From an uncultured Actinomycetes bacterium (GTDB lineage: Bacteria > Actinomycetota > Thermoleophilia > UBA2241): 64,000 nucleotides of DNA. A program made the translations under genes and the position numbers. Location of the stretch: the NCBI GenBank assembly GCA_963767005.1, contig CAVYCN010000004.1, forward strand, positions 96,001 through 160,000, given 5' to 3'. Of the stretch, positions 9,732 to 19,982 are shown piece by piece; within the stretch, counting starts at the first letter, position 1; every line of letters begins with the position of its first letter. Under the pieces are notes generated by a model, which was not told where the DNA came from, did not search any database, and saw only the letters and a program-made list of their open reading frames with translations.

Positions 9732-10654
9732 GCCGGCACCTCGGTCTCGGCCCTGCCCAGCGCGATGGCCAGGGCGCCGGCCGCGATAATCAAAGCGCCG
9801 CCGAGCCAGGTTGTGAGCGGCGGCCGCTCGGCGACCAGCAGGAGCGCCCACACCGGTGCCGTGACCGGCTCGAGGTAGCCGAGTATGCCGGCGTGCTCGA
9901 CCGGAACGAAGCGCAGGCCGTCCGTGAACAGGCTGAAGCACAGGGCTGTGTAGACGAGGCCCATCACGGCGACGATGGCCACGTCGCCGCCGGTGAGCCG
10001 GTAGTGGCCGGCGGCCGTCTGCCAGACCGCGATCGGCAGGATCAGCACGACCGAGCACACGCAGTAGAACAGGGTGTACGTGGTGCCGCGGATCCCCTCG
10101 CCCAGACCCTTGACCTGCAGGAGGGCGGCGGCGTAGCAGCCCCCGGCGACGAGGCCGCAGACTATGCCCGGCAGCACGTGCGATGAGCCGGCCAGCGTGA
10201 GCGTCGGCACGACGATCAACGCCATGCCGGCAACGGCGAGGACGATCGCCGCCGTGTCGCTGCGCTCGCGTCTGGTATGCAGCACCCAGGGCGCGACGAT
10301 CACGATGTAGACGGGCGCCATGTACTCGAGGGCGATGCCGATGGCCACGCCGGCCAGGCGGATCGCGGCGAAGTAGAAGAGCATCTCGCAGGCCACCGTG
10401 CAGCCGACCAGCACCAGGCGCCACGGGTGTCCCAAGCGGCGCACCTCGGCGACGCCGCCGGTGAGCAGGAACAGCGGCCCGAGCACGAGGCCGGCGAGCG
10501 CCATGCGCAGCACGAGCAGCAGGCTGGCCGGCGCGTGAGAGATCATGAGGAGCGCACCCGACGTGCCCAGGATCAGGGAGGCGCCGCCGATCTCGGCGTA
10601 GCCGCGCAGGCGGCGGCGCGCGCCGGCCGACAGCGGGACCGAGTCGATGGTCAT
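9728..10654 (-). CDS. EamA/DMT family transporter
   Basis: MTIDSVP..., ILGYLEPVTA motif, paralogous to the two downstream genes. Confidence 0.88.
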   Translation of the reverse strand: MTIDSVPLSAGARRRLRGYAEIGGASLILGTSGALLMISHAPASLLLVLRMALAGLVLGPLFLLTGGVAEVRRLGHPWRLVLVGCTVACEMLFYFAAIRLAGVAIGIALEYMAPVYIVIVAPWVLHTRRERSDTAAIVLAVAGMALIVVPTLTLAGSSHVLPGIVCGLVAGGCYAAALLQVKGLGEGIRGTTYTLFYCVCSVVLILPIAVWQTAAGHYRLTGGDVAIVAVMGLVYTALCFSLFTDGLRFVPVEHAGILGYLEPVTAPVWALLLVAERPPLTTWLGGALIIAAGALAIALGRAETEVPA

Positions 10655-10677
10655 GCGCGACCCCCTACGGCCGGCGG

Positions 10678-12462
10678 TCAGGAGAAGCCGAGCTCGGCGG
10701 TGAAGACCTCGTGGAACTGGCGGTCGGTGGCCAGGTCGAGGAACTCGATGCGGCGCGCGAGCTCGCTCATGGCGCGCCGCTCCTCGACGTCGATGAGCGC
10801 CATCTGCGCGCCCACGCCGGCGGCGTTGCCGACGAAGGCGATGCGCTCGCGCGGCACGTCGGGCAGCAGGCCGATGGCGAGCGCGTTGTCGACGTCGAGC
10901 TCGTTGCCGAAGGCGCCGGCCACCAGGACCTGGTCGAGCCCGGCGGGCTCGAGCCCGGCGTGGGCGAGCAGCAGCCTGCAGCCGCTGGCGATCGCCGCCT
11001 TGGCGAGCTGCAGCGAGCGCACGTCGTGCTGCGTGAAGACGATGTCGCCCTGCGGCCCCGTCGCGAGGACGTATTCGAGGCCCGGCCCGCTGTCGCTCGA
11101 GCGCACGCGGGCGTGCGGCTGCAGGCGACCGCTGGCGTCGACCACGCCGGCCGCCACGAGGCCGGCCAGCAGGTCGACCACGCCGGATCCGCAGATGCCG
11201 AGCGGCTCGCGCCCGCCGATCGCGCGCACGTCGCGCGGCTCGCCGTCGGGGCCCAGCGAGACGCGCTCGATCGCGCCCTCGACGGCCTTCACGCCGCAAC
11301 TGATCTGGTAGCCCTCGAAGGCCGGGCCCGAGGCGCAGCTCGTGACGATCACTCGACCCTCGTGGACCAGGGCGATCTCGGTGTTGGTGCCGATGTCAAT
11401 CGCGAGGCGGGGCGTCGTCGACTGGGCCAGGCGAGTGGCGGCGATCACGGCCAGACAGTCCGAGCCGACGAAGCCGGCGATCGGCGGCGGAAAGTGGACG
11501 CCGCCCTCGGGGTTCATGGCGAAGCCGAGCTCGGCGGCGCGCAGGGTGAGCGGCGCGGCGGTGGCCGGCGCGAAGGGCGCTGCGCCGAGACCGACGGCCG
11601 ACAGCCCCAGGGCCAGATGGTGCATGGCCGTGTTGCCCACGAGGGTCATGTCGTAGAGGTGACGCGGGGCGATCGCCTGGCGTGCGCAGAGCGTCGCGAG
11701 CAGCTTGTTGACGCCACCGCGCGCGGCGCGCCGCAGGTCGTCGAGACGGCCGTCATGGATCGCCTGGGTGAGACGGGTGACGACGTCCTCGCCGAAGCGC
11801 ATCTGCGGGTTCTCGAGCGCCTCCTGGTCGATCTGCCGCCCGCTCTCGAGGTCGAACAGGTAGGCGATGATCTTGGAGGTGCCGACGTCGACGGCCACGC
11901 CGAAGGCGGGGCCGTCGACGTCGGCCGTCTCGACGTCGACCGGGCGGCCTTCGTAGCGCGTCACGACGGCCTGGTAGCCGCCCGCGCGCAGCGTCGCGGG
12001 CAGGGTGCGGGTCACGCCGAGCGGCAGGTCGTAGTCGCCCAGGACGGCGAGCAGCCGCTCGCGGTCGGCGCGCGCGTCGGCGAGCGTCGGCGGCTCGAGG
12101 GTCACGACCTCGCGCGCGACCGCCGGATGCGGCTCGCCGGGGTGCAGGCGCGACGTCGTCAGGATCTGGCGGCGGCCCTGGGTGGCCCGTACCTCGATGC
12201 TCACCCGCTCGGAGAGCGGCACGGTCTGGCAGGCGAGCCGCCAGCCCTGCGCGAGGCGGCTCGCGGGCACCTTGCCGCGCTCGATCTCGGTGGGCTCGCT
12301 GAAGCTGCCGGCGCCGGTGCGCACCAGGCACTTGCCGCACGTGCCGCGGCCGGCGCAGTCGACGGGCACGTCGACGGCGCCGCTCGTGACGACGGCGAGC
12401 AGCGACTCGCCGTCTTCGATCTCGACGGTCACGCCGATGGGCTCGACGAACACCTTGGTCAC
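10678..12462 (-). CDS. ATP-dependent reductive activator of corrinoid proteins (RACo/RamA-like; 2Fe-2S + ASKHA, DUF4445)
   Basis: N-terminal CAGRGTCGKC..RLACQ ferredoxin; AVDVGTS, NPQMRFGEDV, DIGTNTEI, SCASGPAFEG, GICGSG, AGAFGN. Confidence 0.9.
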   Translation of the reverse strand: MTKVFVEPIGVTVEIEDGESLLAVVTSGAVDVPVDCAGRGTCGKCLVRTGAGSFSEPTEIERGKVPASRLAQGWRLACQTVPLSERVSIEVRATQGRRQILTTSRLHPGEPHPAVAREVVTLEPPTLADARADRERLLAVLGDYDLPLGVTRTLPATLRAGGYQAVVTRYEGRPVDVETADVDGPAFGVAVDVGTSKIIAYLFDLESGRQIDQEALENPQMRFGEDVVTRLTQAIHDGRLDDLRRAARGGVNKLLATLCARQAIAPRHLYDMTLVGNTAMHHLALGLSAVGLGAAPFAPATAAPLTLRAAELGFAMNPEGGVHFPPPIAGFVGSDCLAVIAATRLAQSTTPRLAIDIGTNTEIALVHEGRVIVTSCASGPAFEGYQISCGVKAVEGAIERVSLGPDGEPRDVRAIGGREPLGICGSGVVDLLAGLVAAGVVDASGRLQPHARVRSSDSGPGLEYVLATGPQGDIVFTQHDVRSLQLAKAAIASGCRLLLAHAGLEPAGLDQVLVAGAFGNELDVDNALAIGLLPDVPRERIAFVGNAAGVGAQMALIDVEERRAMSELARRIEFLDLATDRQFHEVFTAELGFS

Positions 12463-12571
12463 GTCTGTCTCTCCGGGTCGACGCGGCGGGCGGCGGCCCG
12501 CGGCCGCCGCCCGCCGTCTGCTTGTCTCGGGCGCGCCGGCCGAGCGGCGCAGCCTCGCGGGCTCCTGCGGG

Positions 12572-13858
12572 CTAGTCCTGCATGCGCGCCTTGCGGTCGG
12601 CGATCTTCTTCAGGCGCGCGTCCCAGACCTCGCTGAGCGTCGGGCCGTGATCGTCGTACATGCCGGCCACTCCGAGGCGCTGGCGCTCGGCCGCGCAGTC
12701 GGGGCAGTGGCACTCGGGCTCGACGTAGTCGTCGGGCTCGGTGTACTTGCTGATGACGCCCTCGTAGTTGCGCAGGATCACGTGGCCCGGAGCCTGCGAG
12801 ATCATGTACTGCGGCATGACCGGCGTCTTCCCGCCGCCGCCGACCGCGTCGATGATGTAGGTCGGCACCGCGAAGCCCGAGGTGTGGCCGCGCAGGCTCT
12901 CGGCGATCTCGATGCCCTTGGCCACGCTGGTGCGAAAGTGCGACGTGCCCTCGGCGAGGTCGCACTGGTAGAAGTAGTAGGGCCGCACGCGCGCCATCAC
13001 GAGCTTGTGGACGAGGCGCTTCATGACGTTGGCGCAGTCGTTGACACCGCGCATGAGCACCGTCTGGTTGCCGAGCGGGATGCCGGCGTCGGCCAGCATG
13101 GCGCACGCTCGGATGGAGTCTTCGGTGAACTCCTTGGGATGGTTGAAGTGCGTGTTCAGGAAGAGCGGATGGTACTTCTTGAGCATCGCGCAGAGCTCGG
13201 GGGTCACGCGCTGCGGGCAGACCACCGGTACGCGCGAGCCGATGCGCACGACCTCGACGTGGTCGATCGCGCGCACGCGGGCGATGATCTCCTCGAGCTT
13301 GTCGTCGGCGAGCACGAGCGGATCGCCGCCCGACAGCAGCACGTCGCGCACCTCGGGCGAGCGCTCGATGTACTTGATCGCATTGTCGAGCTCGGCCTGG
13401 GGGACGGCCTGCTCGTGGCTGCCCACGTGGCGCCGCCGGGTGCAGTGCCGGCAGTACATGGAGCACATCTCGGTGACGGTGAACAGCACGCGGTCGGGAT
13501 AGCGATGCGTGATGTGCGGCGTGGGCGAATCGACATCTTCGGAGACGGAGTCCTTGAGGTCTTCGGGGCGCACGACGAGCTCGGCCGACGTCGGCACGGC
13601 CTGCATGCGCACGGGGTCGTGCGGGTCGTCGGGGTCGATCAGCGAGGCGTAGTAGGGCGTGACCGACACGCGGAACTTGCCCATGCAGGCTTCGAGGTCG
13701 GCGCGCTGCTCGGGCGTGAGGTTCAGCACCTGCTCGAAGTCGGCGACCGTGGTCAGCCGGTTGGCCAGCTGCCAGTGGTAGTCGTTCCACTGCGCGTCGG
13801 TCACGTCGTTGAAGCGCGGGATGTCTTTCCAGTGTCGCGGTGTCGTCTGCACGGTCAT
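12572..13858 (-). CDS. kamA: Lysine 2,3-aminomutase (radical SAM)
   Basis: THRYPDRVL, CSMYCRHCTRRR, LSGGDPL, HTSGFAVP, DAVGGGGKTP, LRNYEG, C-terminal CHCPDC; GGAGG RBS before ATG 13858. Confidence 0.95.
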   Translation of the reverse strand: MTVQTTPRHWKDIPRFNDVTDAQWNDYHWQLANRLTTVADFEQVLNLTPEQRADLEACMGKFRVSVTPYYASLIDPDDPHDPVRMQAVPTSAELVVRPEDLKDSVSEDVDSPTPHITHRYPDRVLFTVTEMCSMYCRHCTRRRHVGSHEQAVPQAELDNAIKYIERSPEVRDVLLSGGDPLVLADDKLEEIIARVRAIDHVEVVRIGSRVPVVCPQRVTPELCAMLKKYHPLFLNTHFNHPKEFTEDSIRACAMLADAGIPLGNQTVLMRGVNDCANVMKRLVHKLVMARVRPYYFYQCDLAEGTSHFRTSVAKGIEIAESLRGHTSGFAVPTYIIDAVGGGGKTPVMPQYMISQAPGHVILRNYEGVISKYTEPDDYVEPECHCPDCAAERQRLGVAGMYDDHGPTLSEVWDARLKKIADRKARMQD

Positions 13859-13994
13859 GTCGTCTCCTCCTCGCGGCGCCCCCCCGGCGATCCGCACGTC
13901 GTCTTGCGTCGCCGTCCGGCCCCTGGCGAGAGGGACCGCCCGGCCGCGGCCGCCGCCTGCGCGGTGGCCGCCAGGTGCTGATCAGGTCGCACGA

Positions 13995-15347
13995 TCACAA
14001 CCCCGCCGTTGCGATGATACGCCGAAGCGTCTCCAGCTTCTCCCGGCCGAGTGGCGGCGCCTCGTGGCCGGCGACGAGCTCGCCGGCCAGCGCCGCGGCG
14101 CGCTCGGCCGCGCCGGGCCGGCCCTCGCGGCGCCAGGCCTCGTAGGGACTGCGGTCGAACAGCCGCGGACGCCACACGTCCTTCATGTGACGCCGCGTGT
14201 GGCGCTGGGCGAGGGCGTTGCCGCCGATGCCGACCGCGGCGATCGTGTCGAGCGCCATGGTCTCGTCGTCGACGGCGATGCCGGCGGCGACCGCCGTCAC
14301 GTTCGACCATGTCTCGGCGTCGAGCACGAGCTGGGCCGGTGAATACACCGTGCCGCCGTCGGTGTGGCCGGCGGCGGCCATGAGCGCAGCGCCGCCCAGG
14401 GCGGCGGCGAGCGCGAACGCCGTACCGTCGGCGGCCGACAGCCACTCGTCGGCGGCGGGACGCGTCGGCGGAAAACCGGCCGCGAGCGGCAGGCCGGCGT
14501 AGGCCGCGAGCTGGCAGAGACCGGCGAGCGTGGCGACGCCGGCCGGCCCCAGGCCAAAGCCCGGCGCGTGCTCCTCGACCGCCGCCGGCAGGGCCGGCAC
14601 GATGAAGGCCGAGCCGGGCGCCGCGAGCTGCTGGACGGCGCAGGCGGCCAGGGCCGCGGCGTGCACGGCGACAAGGGCCTCGCCGGGCGTGGCCGGCGGC
14701 TCGTCGAGGACCGGCTGCGCAAAGCAGCCGCACGGCAGACCGGCGCGCGCGCAGGCGAGCAGCGGGTCGAGATCACGCTGCTCGCGGCTGTGCACCACGA
14801 CGCCGAGCGGCGGCGGCGACCCCGGCTCGCGCCCACCGAGCGCCGCCGCGACGGCGATCACCGCGCCGGCCTGGGCCGCGCTCATGGCGCCGCAGACCAG
14901 CACCGGCCTGGCGGTGGCCTCGAGGGCGGCGGGCAGCTCGGCGAGACGGCGCGTCGGCACGCCGACGACGGCGACCTCGGGCAGGGCGTCGGCGAGCAGA
15001 GCGGCCGCGCCGACGTCGGCGGCGGCGGCGGTGGCGGCCATCAGGCCGCCACCGCCGCCGCCGAACGCCACGTCGCGGTCGGGTGTGCGGCCGGGCAGCA
15101 CGAACGACGCGGGCGCGCGGCCGGCGGCCTCGCGCGTGAGGGCGACGGGCAGGCGCGCGCGGCCGGCGGCGCGGTCGACGGTCGCGCCGGCCTGCTCGAG
15201 CAGGGCCAGCGCCGTTTCACCAGCGACTGCCACGCCGTGGCCCTCGAGCAGCTCGAGGGCCGCGTCGTGCAGGGCGGCGGCGTCGGCCAGTGGGGCGTGG
15301 TGCAGCGGCGGGCTCGACGGCGGCTCCGGTGTGGCGGCATCAGGCAT
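13995..15347 (-). CDS. MttB-superfamily methyltransferase, highly degenerate (non-Pyl)
   Basis: LHDAALELLEGHGV N-terminus and DDETMALDTIAAVGIGGNALAQRHT..WRPRLFDR C-terminus conserved; core Ala-rich and eroded. Confidence 0.75.
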   Translation of the reverse strand: MPDAATPEPPSSPPLHHAPLADAAALHDAALELLEGHGVAVAGETALALLEQAGATVDRAAGRARLPVALTREAAGRAPASFVLPGRTPDRDVAFGGGGGGLMAATAAAADVGAAALLADALPEVAVVGVPTRRLAELPAALEATARPVLVCGAMSAAQAGAVIAVAAALGGREPGSPPPLGVVVHSREQRDLDPLLACARAGLPCGCFAQPVLDEPPATPGEALVAVHAAALAACAVQQLAAPGSAFIVPALPAAVEEHAPGFGLGPAGVATLAGLCQLAAYAGLPLAAGFPPTRPAADEWLSAADGTAFALAAALGGAALMAAAGHTDGGTVYSPAQLVLDAETWSNVTAVAAGIAVDDETMALDTIAAVGIGGNALAQRHTRRHMKDVWRPRLFDRSPYEAWRREGRPGAAERAAALAGELVAGHEAPPLGREKLETLRRIIATAGL

Positions 15348-16749
15348 GGACCCTCCTCTCGGCGGCGTGCACGACCTCGGCGGTCGCGCGCCGCGTGGCG
15401 TCGTCGGGCGTGAAGGCCGGCGGCTCGCGTCGCAGGCTCTCCGTGCGAGCGCGCACGCGCTCCTTCAGCGTGGTCGCGCCCTCGGCCCGCCAGTGCTCGA
15501 ACTCGCCGCGCTCGAACAGCGCCGGCGCCCAGACGTCGGCGCCGTGCTCGCGGGTGTGGGCGAGGTCGGCGAAGCTGCCGCCGGGACCGACGGCCGCGAT
15601 CTCGTCGAGCGCGAGCGCGCGGCGGTCCGAACCGACGTCGTGCATGAGCGCGCGGGCGTACGAGACGAGCTCGTGGCCGAGCACGATGGTCTCGAACGAG
15701 CTCTGCCGCCCGGCCTCGAGGTAGCCCACGTCGTGCAGCAGGGTGGCCCGCGACAGGGCGCCCAGCACGGCCGAGATGGCCGCCTCGGCGGCCCACTGCT
15801 CGTCGAGCAGCTTGGCGTCGGACACCGCGGCGTAGGCGAAGCTCGGCAGCCCGTAGAAGTGGCAGAGGTCGCACGCGGCGGCGTTGCCCAGGTAGTGCTC
15901 GGGCGCGCCGAAGGCCTCGATCGCGGTGCGCGGATCAGCGGTGCCGCAGCCGACGCCCAGCACGAAGGGCGCGCCGGGCGCGACGAGCTGGTGCAGGACG
16001 AGCGCCGACAGCACCTCGGCGTTGCCGACCAGCACCGTGCCGGCGACGCTCACCGGCGCGCTCACGCCGGCCACGGGCGCCGGCGCGTACACGAGCGGGA
16101 TGCCTTCGACGGCGCAGGCCTGGATCTGGCGCAGGGCCGCGGCGGTGTGGCCGAGCGGCGGCGCCGAAAGCGCGTAGCAGGCGAAGCTCGCCGGCTCGCC
16201 GGCGAGGCCGGCGAGCTCGCGCATGAGCGGCAGCGAGCCGGCGTCGCGGGCGGTCGCCAGGAGCGGCTTGCGCGTGCCGGAGCACATGGCCGCGAAACGC
16301 GCCACGTCGCCTGTGGCCGCCGGCACGTCGGCCGGCAGGCCCATCGACATGACGAAGTCGATGCCGGGGAGGAGCTCGCAGAGGGCCGCCATGCCCTCGA
16401 CGTCGGCGCTCGTCGCCGGGCGGCGCTCGCCGCTGTCGGGGTCGCACACGTAGGCGCAGTCGGGACCGGTCCCGAACCAGCTCCGGCCGTCGGCCACCTC
16501 GATGCCGCTCGCGGCGGGGTCGCGTGAAGCCACGGTGCAGCGTCGCGGCGCGGCGGCGAGGGCCTCGCCGACGAGCGCCGCCGGCAGGCGCACGCGGTCG
16601 CCGTCGACGAGCGCGCCGGCGCCGGCGAGCAGCGCCCGCGCCGGCTCCCAGGGCATGTCGACGCCGGTCTCCTCGAGCAGGGCGAGGGTCGCCTCGTGGA
16701 CCTGCCAGCAGGCGTCGTCGTCCCAGACCACGAGGCGGGCGCCGGTCAC
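15340..16749 (-). CDS. MttB-superfamily (non-Pyl) corrinoid methyltransferase
   Basis: VHEATLALLEETGV, APVSVAGTVLVGNAEVLS, YGLPSFAYAAVSDAK, LHDVGYLE. Confidence 0.88.
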   Translation of the reverse strand: MTGARLVVWDDDACWQVHEATLALLEETGVDMPWEPARALLAGAGALVDGDRVRLPAALVGEALAAAPRRCTVASRDPAASGIEVADGRSWFGTGPDCAYVCDPDSGERRPATSADVEGMAALCELLPGIDFVMSMGLPADVPAATGDVARFAAMCSGTRKPLLATARDAGSLPLMRELAGLAGEPASFACYALSAPPLGHTAAALRQIQACAVEGIPLVYAPAPVAGVSAPVSVAGTVLVGNAEVLSALVLHQLVAPGAPFVLGVGCGTADPRTAIEAFGAPEHYLGNAAACDLCHFYGLPSFAYAAVSDAKLLDEQWAAEAAISAVLGALSRATLLHDVGYLEAGRQSSFETIVLGHELVSYARALMHDVGSDRRALALDEIAAVGPGGSFADLAHTREHGADVWAPALFERGEFEHWRAEGATTLKERVRARTESLRREPPAFTPDDATRRATAEVVHAAERRVHA

Positions 16750-18209
16750 GGAGCGGCGAGCTCCGCGTCGGCGCGCGCCACGATATGAGCGAGCTCGGCG
16801 GCGACGTCGTCGGGCAGCGGCTCGGGCCGGTGGTTGGCCAGGATGTCGTCGGCCGTCTCGGTCGCCCGCTCAAGGGCGCCCTTGCGGCCACCGGCGACCC
16901 AGACGTCGTAAGGCGTGCGGTCCCAGACCGCCGGGCGCCAGATCTCCTTCATGTGCTGCCGCGTGTGCTTCTCGGCGAGATAGGTGCCGTTGGGACCCAC
17001 CCTGGCGATCAGGTCGACCGCCAGCGTGTCGTCGTCGACGACCACGCCGCCGGCCACCTTCTGCACGATGCGATAGATCTCGGTCTCCATCACCATGTGC
17101 GGGTAGCTCAGGATCTTGGAGCCGTTCAGCAGGCCGCAGCCGTTCATCATGTCGGCGCCGGTCATGACGCTGGCGAAGGTCGACAGGGAGTCGTCGACCG
17201 CGGCCTGCCAGTCGGGCTCCTTGGCGCTCGTCGCCATCGTGCCCATGGCCATCGGCACGCCGTAGAAGTGAGCGAGCTGGGTGGCGCCGGCGGCCAGCAG
17301 GTAGTCCTCGGGGCCGGCCGTGTAGCCGCCGGTCTTCAGGTCCATGCAGCTCGGCGCGCCCGAGAAGAAGGCCGGGCAGCCCGGCCAGGCGAGCTCGAGC
17401 AGGACCACGCCCGACAGCGCCTCGGCGTTCTGCACGACGAGGTTGCCGGCCAGAGTGGCCGGCCCGGTGCCGGCCATCAGCGGCATGGGCATGAAGCCGC
17501 TCGCCAGGCCGTGCTCGGCGGCCACCAGGTTGGCCTCGAGGTTGGGACCGTCGTGGCCGAGGGGGTCGACGGCGCACTGCATGAAGCTGATGATGGGACG
17601 CTTGCGCAGCTCGGCGGTGCCACCGACGATGGCGGCCGCCATCTCGACGAGCAGCCGTGCCGGCCGCTCGCCCACCGTCGTCACGGCCTGGTAGTGCTTC
17701 GTCGTGTTGGTGAGCACGGCCTCGGAGTCGTGCAGCGCCTTGCTCGCCGGCGGCACGTCCTGCGAGGTGACGACCGGACCCCAGTAGTAGCTCACGTCGG
17801 GCAGGGCGTCGACGAAGCGCGCCGAGGTGGCGGCGTCGGCCTTCGTCGAGGGCCGCTTCTCGCCGGTGTGGTGGTCGTAGACGAAGACGCCGCTGCCGTC
17901 GTTGGACAGATAGCAGTGGCGCCGGTCGATCACGAGGTCGCAGGCGGGGTCGCGACCGGCCAGCACATAGCTGTCGGGCACCCGGCTCACGGCGTCCATG
18001 ACGACGGCGCGCGGCAGCCTGACGATCGCGGTCGCCCGGTCGACCCTGCAACCGTTGCTCTCGAGGACGTCGAGCGCCTTGTCGGAAGGGAAGCGCACGC
18101 CGGTCGTCTCGAGCACGTCGAGCGTGGCCTCGTGGATGCGCTCGAGGTCGTCGCTCGACAGGACGTCCCAGCCGAGACGGGGGGTGATGGGATTGATCCG
18201 GGGGCTCAT
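16746..18209 (-). CDS. MttB-superfamily (non-Pyl) corrinoid methyltransferase
   Basis: IHEATLDVLETTGV, PATLAGNLVVQNAEALSG, VGPNGTYLAEKHT. Confidence 0.92.
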   Translation of the reverse strand: MSPRINPITPRLGWDVLSSDDLERIHEATLDVLETTGVRFPSDKALDVLESNGCRVDRATAIVRLPRAVVMDAVSRVPDSYVLAGRDPACDLVIDRRHCYLSNDGSGVFVYDHHTGEKRPSTKADAATSARFVDALPDVSYYWGPVVTSQDVPPASKALHDSEAVLTNTTKHYQAVTTVGERPARLLVEMAAAIVGGTAELRKRPIISFMQCAVDPLGHDGPNLEANLVAAEHGLASGFMPMPLMAGTGPATLAGNLVVQNAEALSGVVLLELAWPGCPAFFSGAPSCMDLKTGGYTAGPEDYLLAAGATQLAHFYGVPMAMGTMATSAKEPDWQAAVDDSLSTFASVMTGADMMNGCGLLNGSKILSYPHMVMETEIYRIVQKVAGGVVVDDDTLAVDLIARVGPNGTYLAEKHTRQHMKEIWRPAVWDRTPYDVWVAGGRKGALERATETADDILANHRPEPLPDDVAAELAHIVARADAELAAP

Positions 18210-18302
18210 GGGCGGCGACCTCGCAGGTTCGCGGAAGGGGCCTGAAGCGTGGGGCGTCGGCCGGTCCGACTAGGCGTGCGACGGCGTCACACGCGCCTAG
18301 GC

Positions 18303-18361
18303 GATGACGACGGAGTCGATCATCGGCACGAGGCGCGCAGCGAAGCCACGCACGCCTGGGC
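18303..18361. repeat. Inverted single copy of the 59-bp repeat unit
   Basis: 54/59 identical to the reverse complement of the 2962 unit (manual alignment). Confidence 0.9.
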
Positions 18362-18511
18362 GGCGACGGCGAGGCCGATCGCCGGCACTACAGGCCGGAC
18401 GTGCGGCAGATGGCGATGATGGAGGCCGCTGGCACCCGCCGAGTCTATCAGACGCCCGCTGGAAGCGGCGACCGGTCGGGACGCGCGGCGCCACTCCGCG
18501 GACCCGGGCCT

Positions 18512-19981
18512 TCAGGCCAGCTCGCGGTCGGCCCGCGTCACGAGCTCGTCGAGGGCGGCGGCGGTGACGGCCGGCAGAGGCTCGGCGTGGTGGCCGGCCA
18601 GGATGCCGGCGGCGATGTCGGCCGCCGCGTCGCGAGCGCCGCGCCGGCCACCGTCGACCCAGGCGTCGTAGGGCGCGCGGTCCCACACCAGGGGGCGCCA
18701 GATCTCGGGCGCGTGGCGCCGGGTGTGGCGGTCGGCGAGGAAGGTGCCGCCGGGGCCGACGCGGTCGATGACGTCGAGGGCGAGCGCCTCGGCGTCGACC
18801 GTGACGCCCTCGGCCAGGCGCCGCACGATGCGGTAGACCTCGGTCTCCATGATCAAATGGGGATACGACAGGGTCCGGGAGCCGTCGAGCAGGCCGCAAC
18901 CGCTCATCATGTCGGCGCCGGCCAGCACCGAAGCCGCGGTCGAGAGGGCGTCGTCGACGGCCGCCTGCCAGCCCGGCTCCTTGGCGCCGGTGGCCATGGT
19001 GCCCATGTTGACCGGCAAGCCGAACGAGCGGCCGAGCTGGGTCGCTGCGGCCGCGAGGACGTCGTCCTCGGGGCCGCCGCCCGTGTACCCGCCGGTGCGC
19101 AGGTCCATGACGCTCGGCGCGCCGGCGAAGAACACCGGCGCGCCGGGGCTTGCGAGCTCGAGCAGCACGAGGTCGGCGAGCACGGTGGCGGCGTTGACCA
19201 CGAGGTTGCCGGCCAGCGTGGCCGGCGCGGTGCCGCAGCCCAGGGTGAGCGAAAGAAAGCCGCAGGGCACGCCGGCGGCGGCGCAGACGAGGCCGGCCTC
19301 GAGGCTCACCGCATCGTTGCCGAGCGGGTCGACCGGGCAGGCGATCAGGCTCACGAGCGGCCGGCGGCGCAACTCGTCGCGGCCGCCGCTCAGGGTGGCG
19401 GCCATCTCGACGAGCAGCCCGGTCGGCCGCTCCCCGACGCAGGTCACCGCCTGGTAGTGCTTGGTCGTGTTGGCGAGCACGGCCGCGGCTTCGTGCAGCG
19501 CGCGCGACGCGACGGGCGCGTCGCCGCCGGCGACGATCGGCCCCCAGCAGAACGCGACCTCGGGCAGCGCGTCACAGAAGCGCGCCGCATCGGCGACGTC
19601 GGCCAGAGTCGAGGGGCGCCGCTCGCCGCTTGCGGGGTCGACGACGGCGACGCCGCTCGCGTCGTTGGACAGGTAGCAGTGACGGCCGTCGAGCGGCAGG
19701 TCGCACGACGGGTCGCGCGCGCAGAGCGTGACGTCGCGGGGCGCGGCCGCGAGGGCCGACTCGACGAGCGGCTGCGGCAGGCGGGCGACCTCACGCCCGC
19801 GATCGACCGCGGCACCGTGCGCCTCGAGGACGTCGAGCGCACGCGCCAGCGGGAAGCGCACGCCGACGTCGGCCAGGACGGTGAAGATCGCCTCGCGCAG
19901 GCGGTCGAGGTCGCCCGCCGACAGGACCTCCCAGCGGCGGGCCGGGGCGATCGGCGCGATTCTGGGCGCGTTGCCGCTCAC
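18512..19981 (-). CDS. MttB-superfamily (non-Pyl) corrinoid methyltransferase, close paralogue of 16746-18209
   Basis: Shared RHCYLSND, NTTKHYQAVT, MGTMAT.AKEP.WQAAVDD.LST, LSYPH. Confidence 0.92.
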   Translation of the reverse strand: MSGNAPRIAPIAPARRWEVLSAGDLDRLREAIFTVLADVGVRFPLARALDVLEAHGAAVDRGREVARLPQPLVESALAAAPRDVTLCARDPSCDLPLDGRHCYLSNDASGVAVVDPASGERRPSTLADVADAARFCDALPEVAFCWGPIVAGGDAPVASRALHEAAAVLANTTKHYQAVTCVGERPTGLLVEMAATLSGGRDELRRRPLVSLIACPVDPLGNDAVSLEAGLVCAAAGVPCGFLSLTLGCGTAPATLAGNLVVNAATVLADLVLLELASPGAPVFFAGAPSVMDLRTGGYTGGGPEDDVLAAAATQLGRSFGLPVNMGTMATGAKEPGWQAAVDDALSTAASVLAGADMMSGCGLLDGSRTLSYPHLIMETEVYRIVRRLAEGVTVDAEALALDVIDRVGPGGTFLADRHTRRHAPEIWRPLVWDRAPYDAWVDGGRRGARDAAADIAAGILAGHHAEPLPAVTAAALDELVTRADRELA

Positions 19982-19982
19982 G

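Noticed and set aside
12463-12574. Amber read-through fusing kamA to the corrinoid activase
   Set aside because: The 109-bp gap is out of frame and KamA is already complete.
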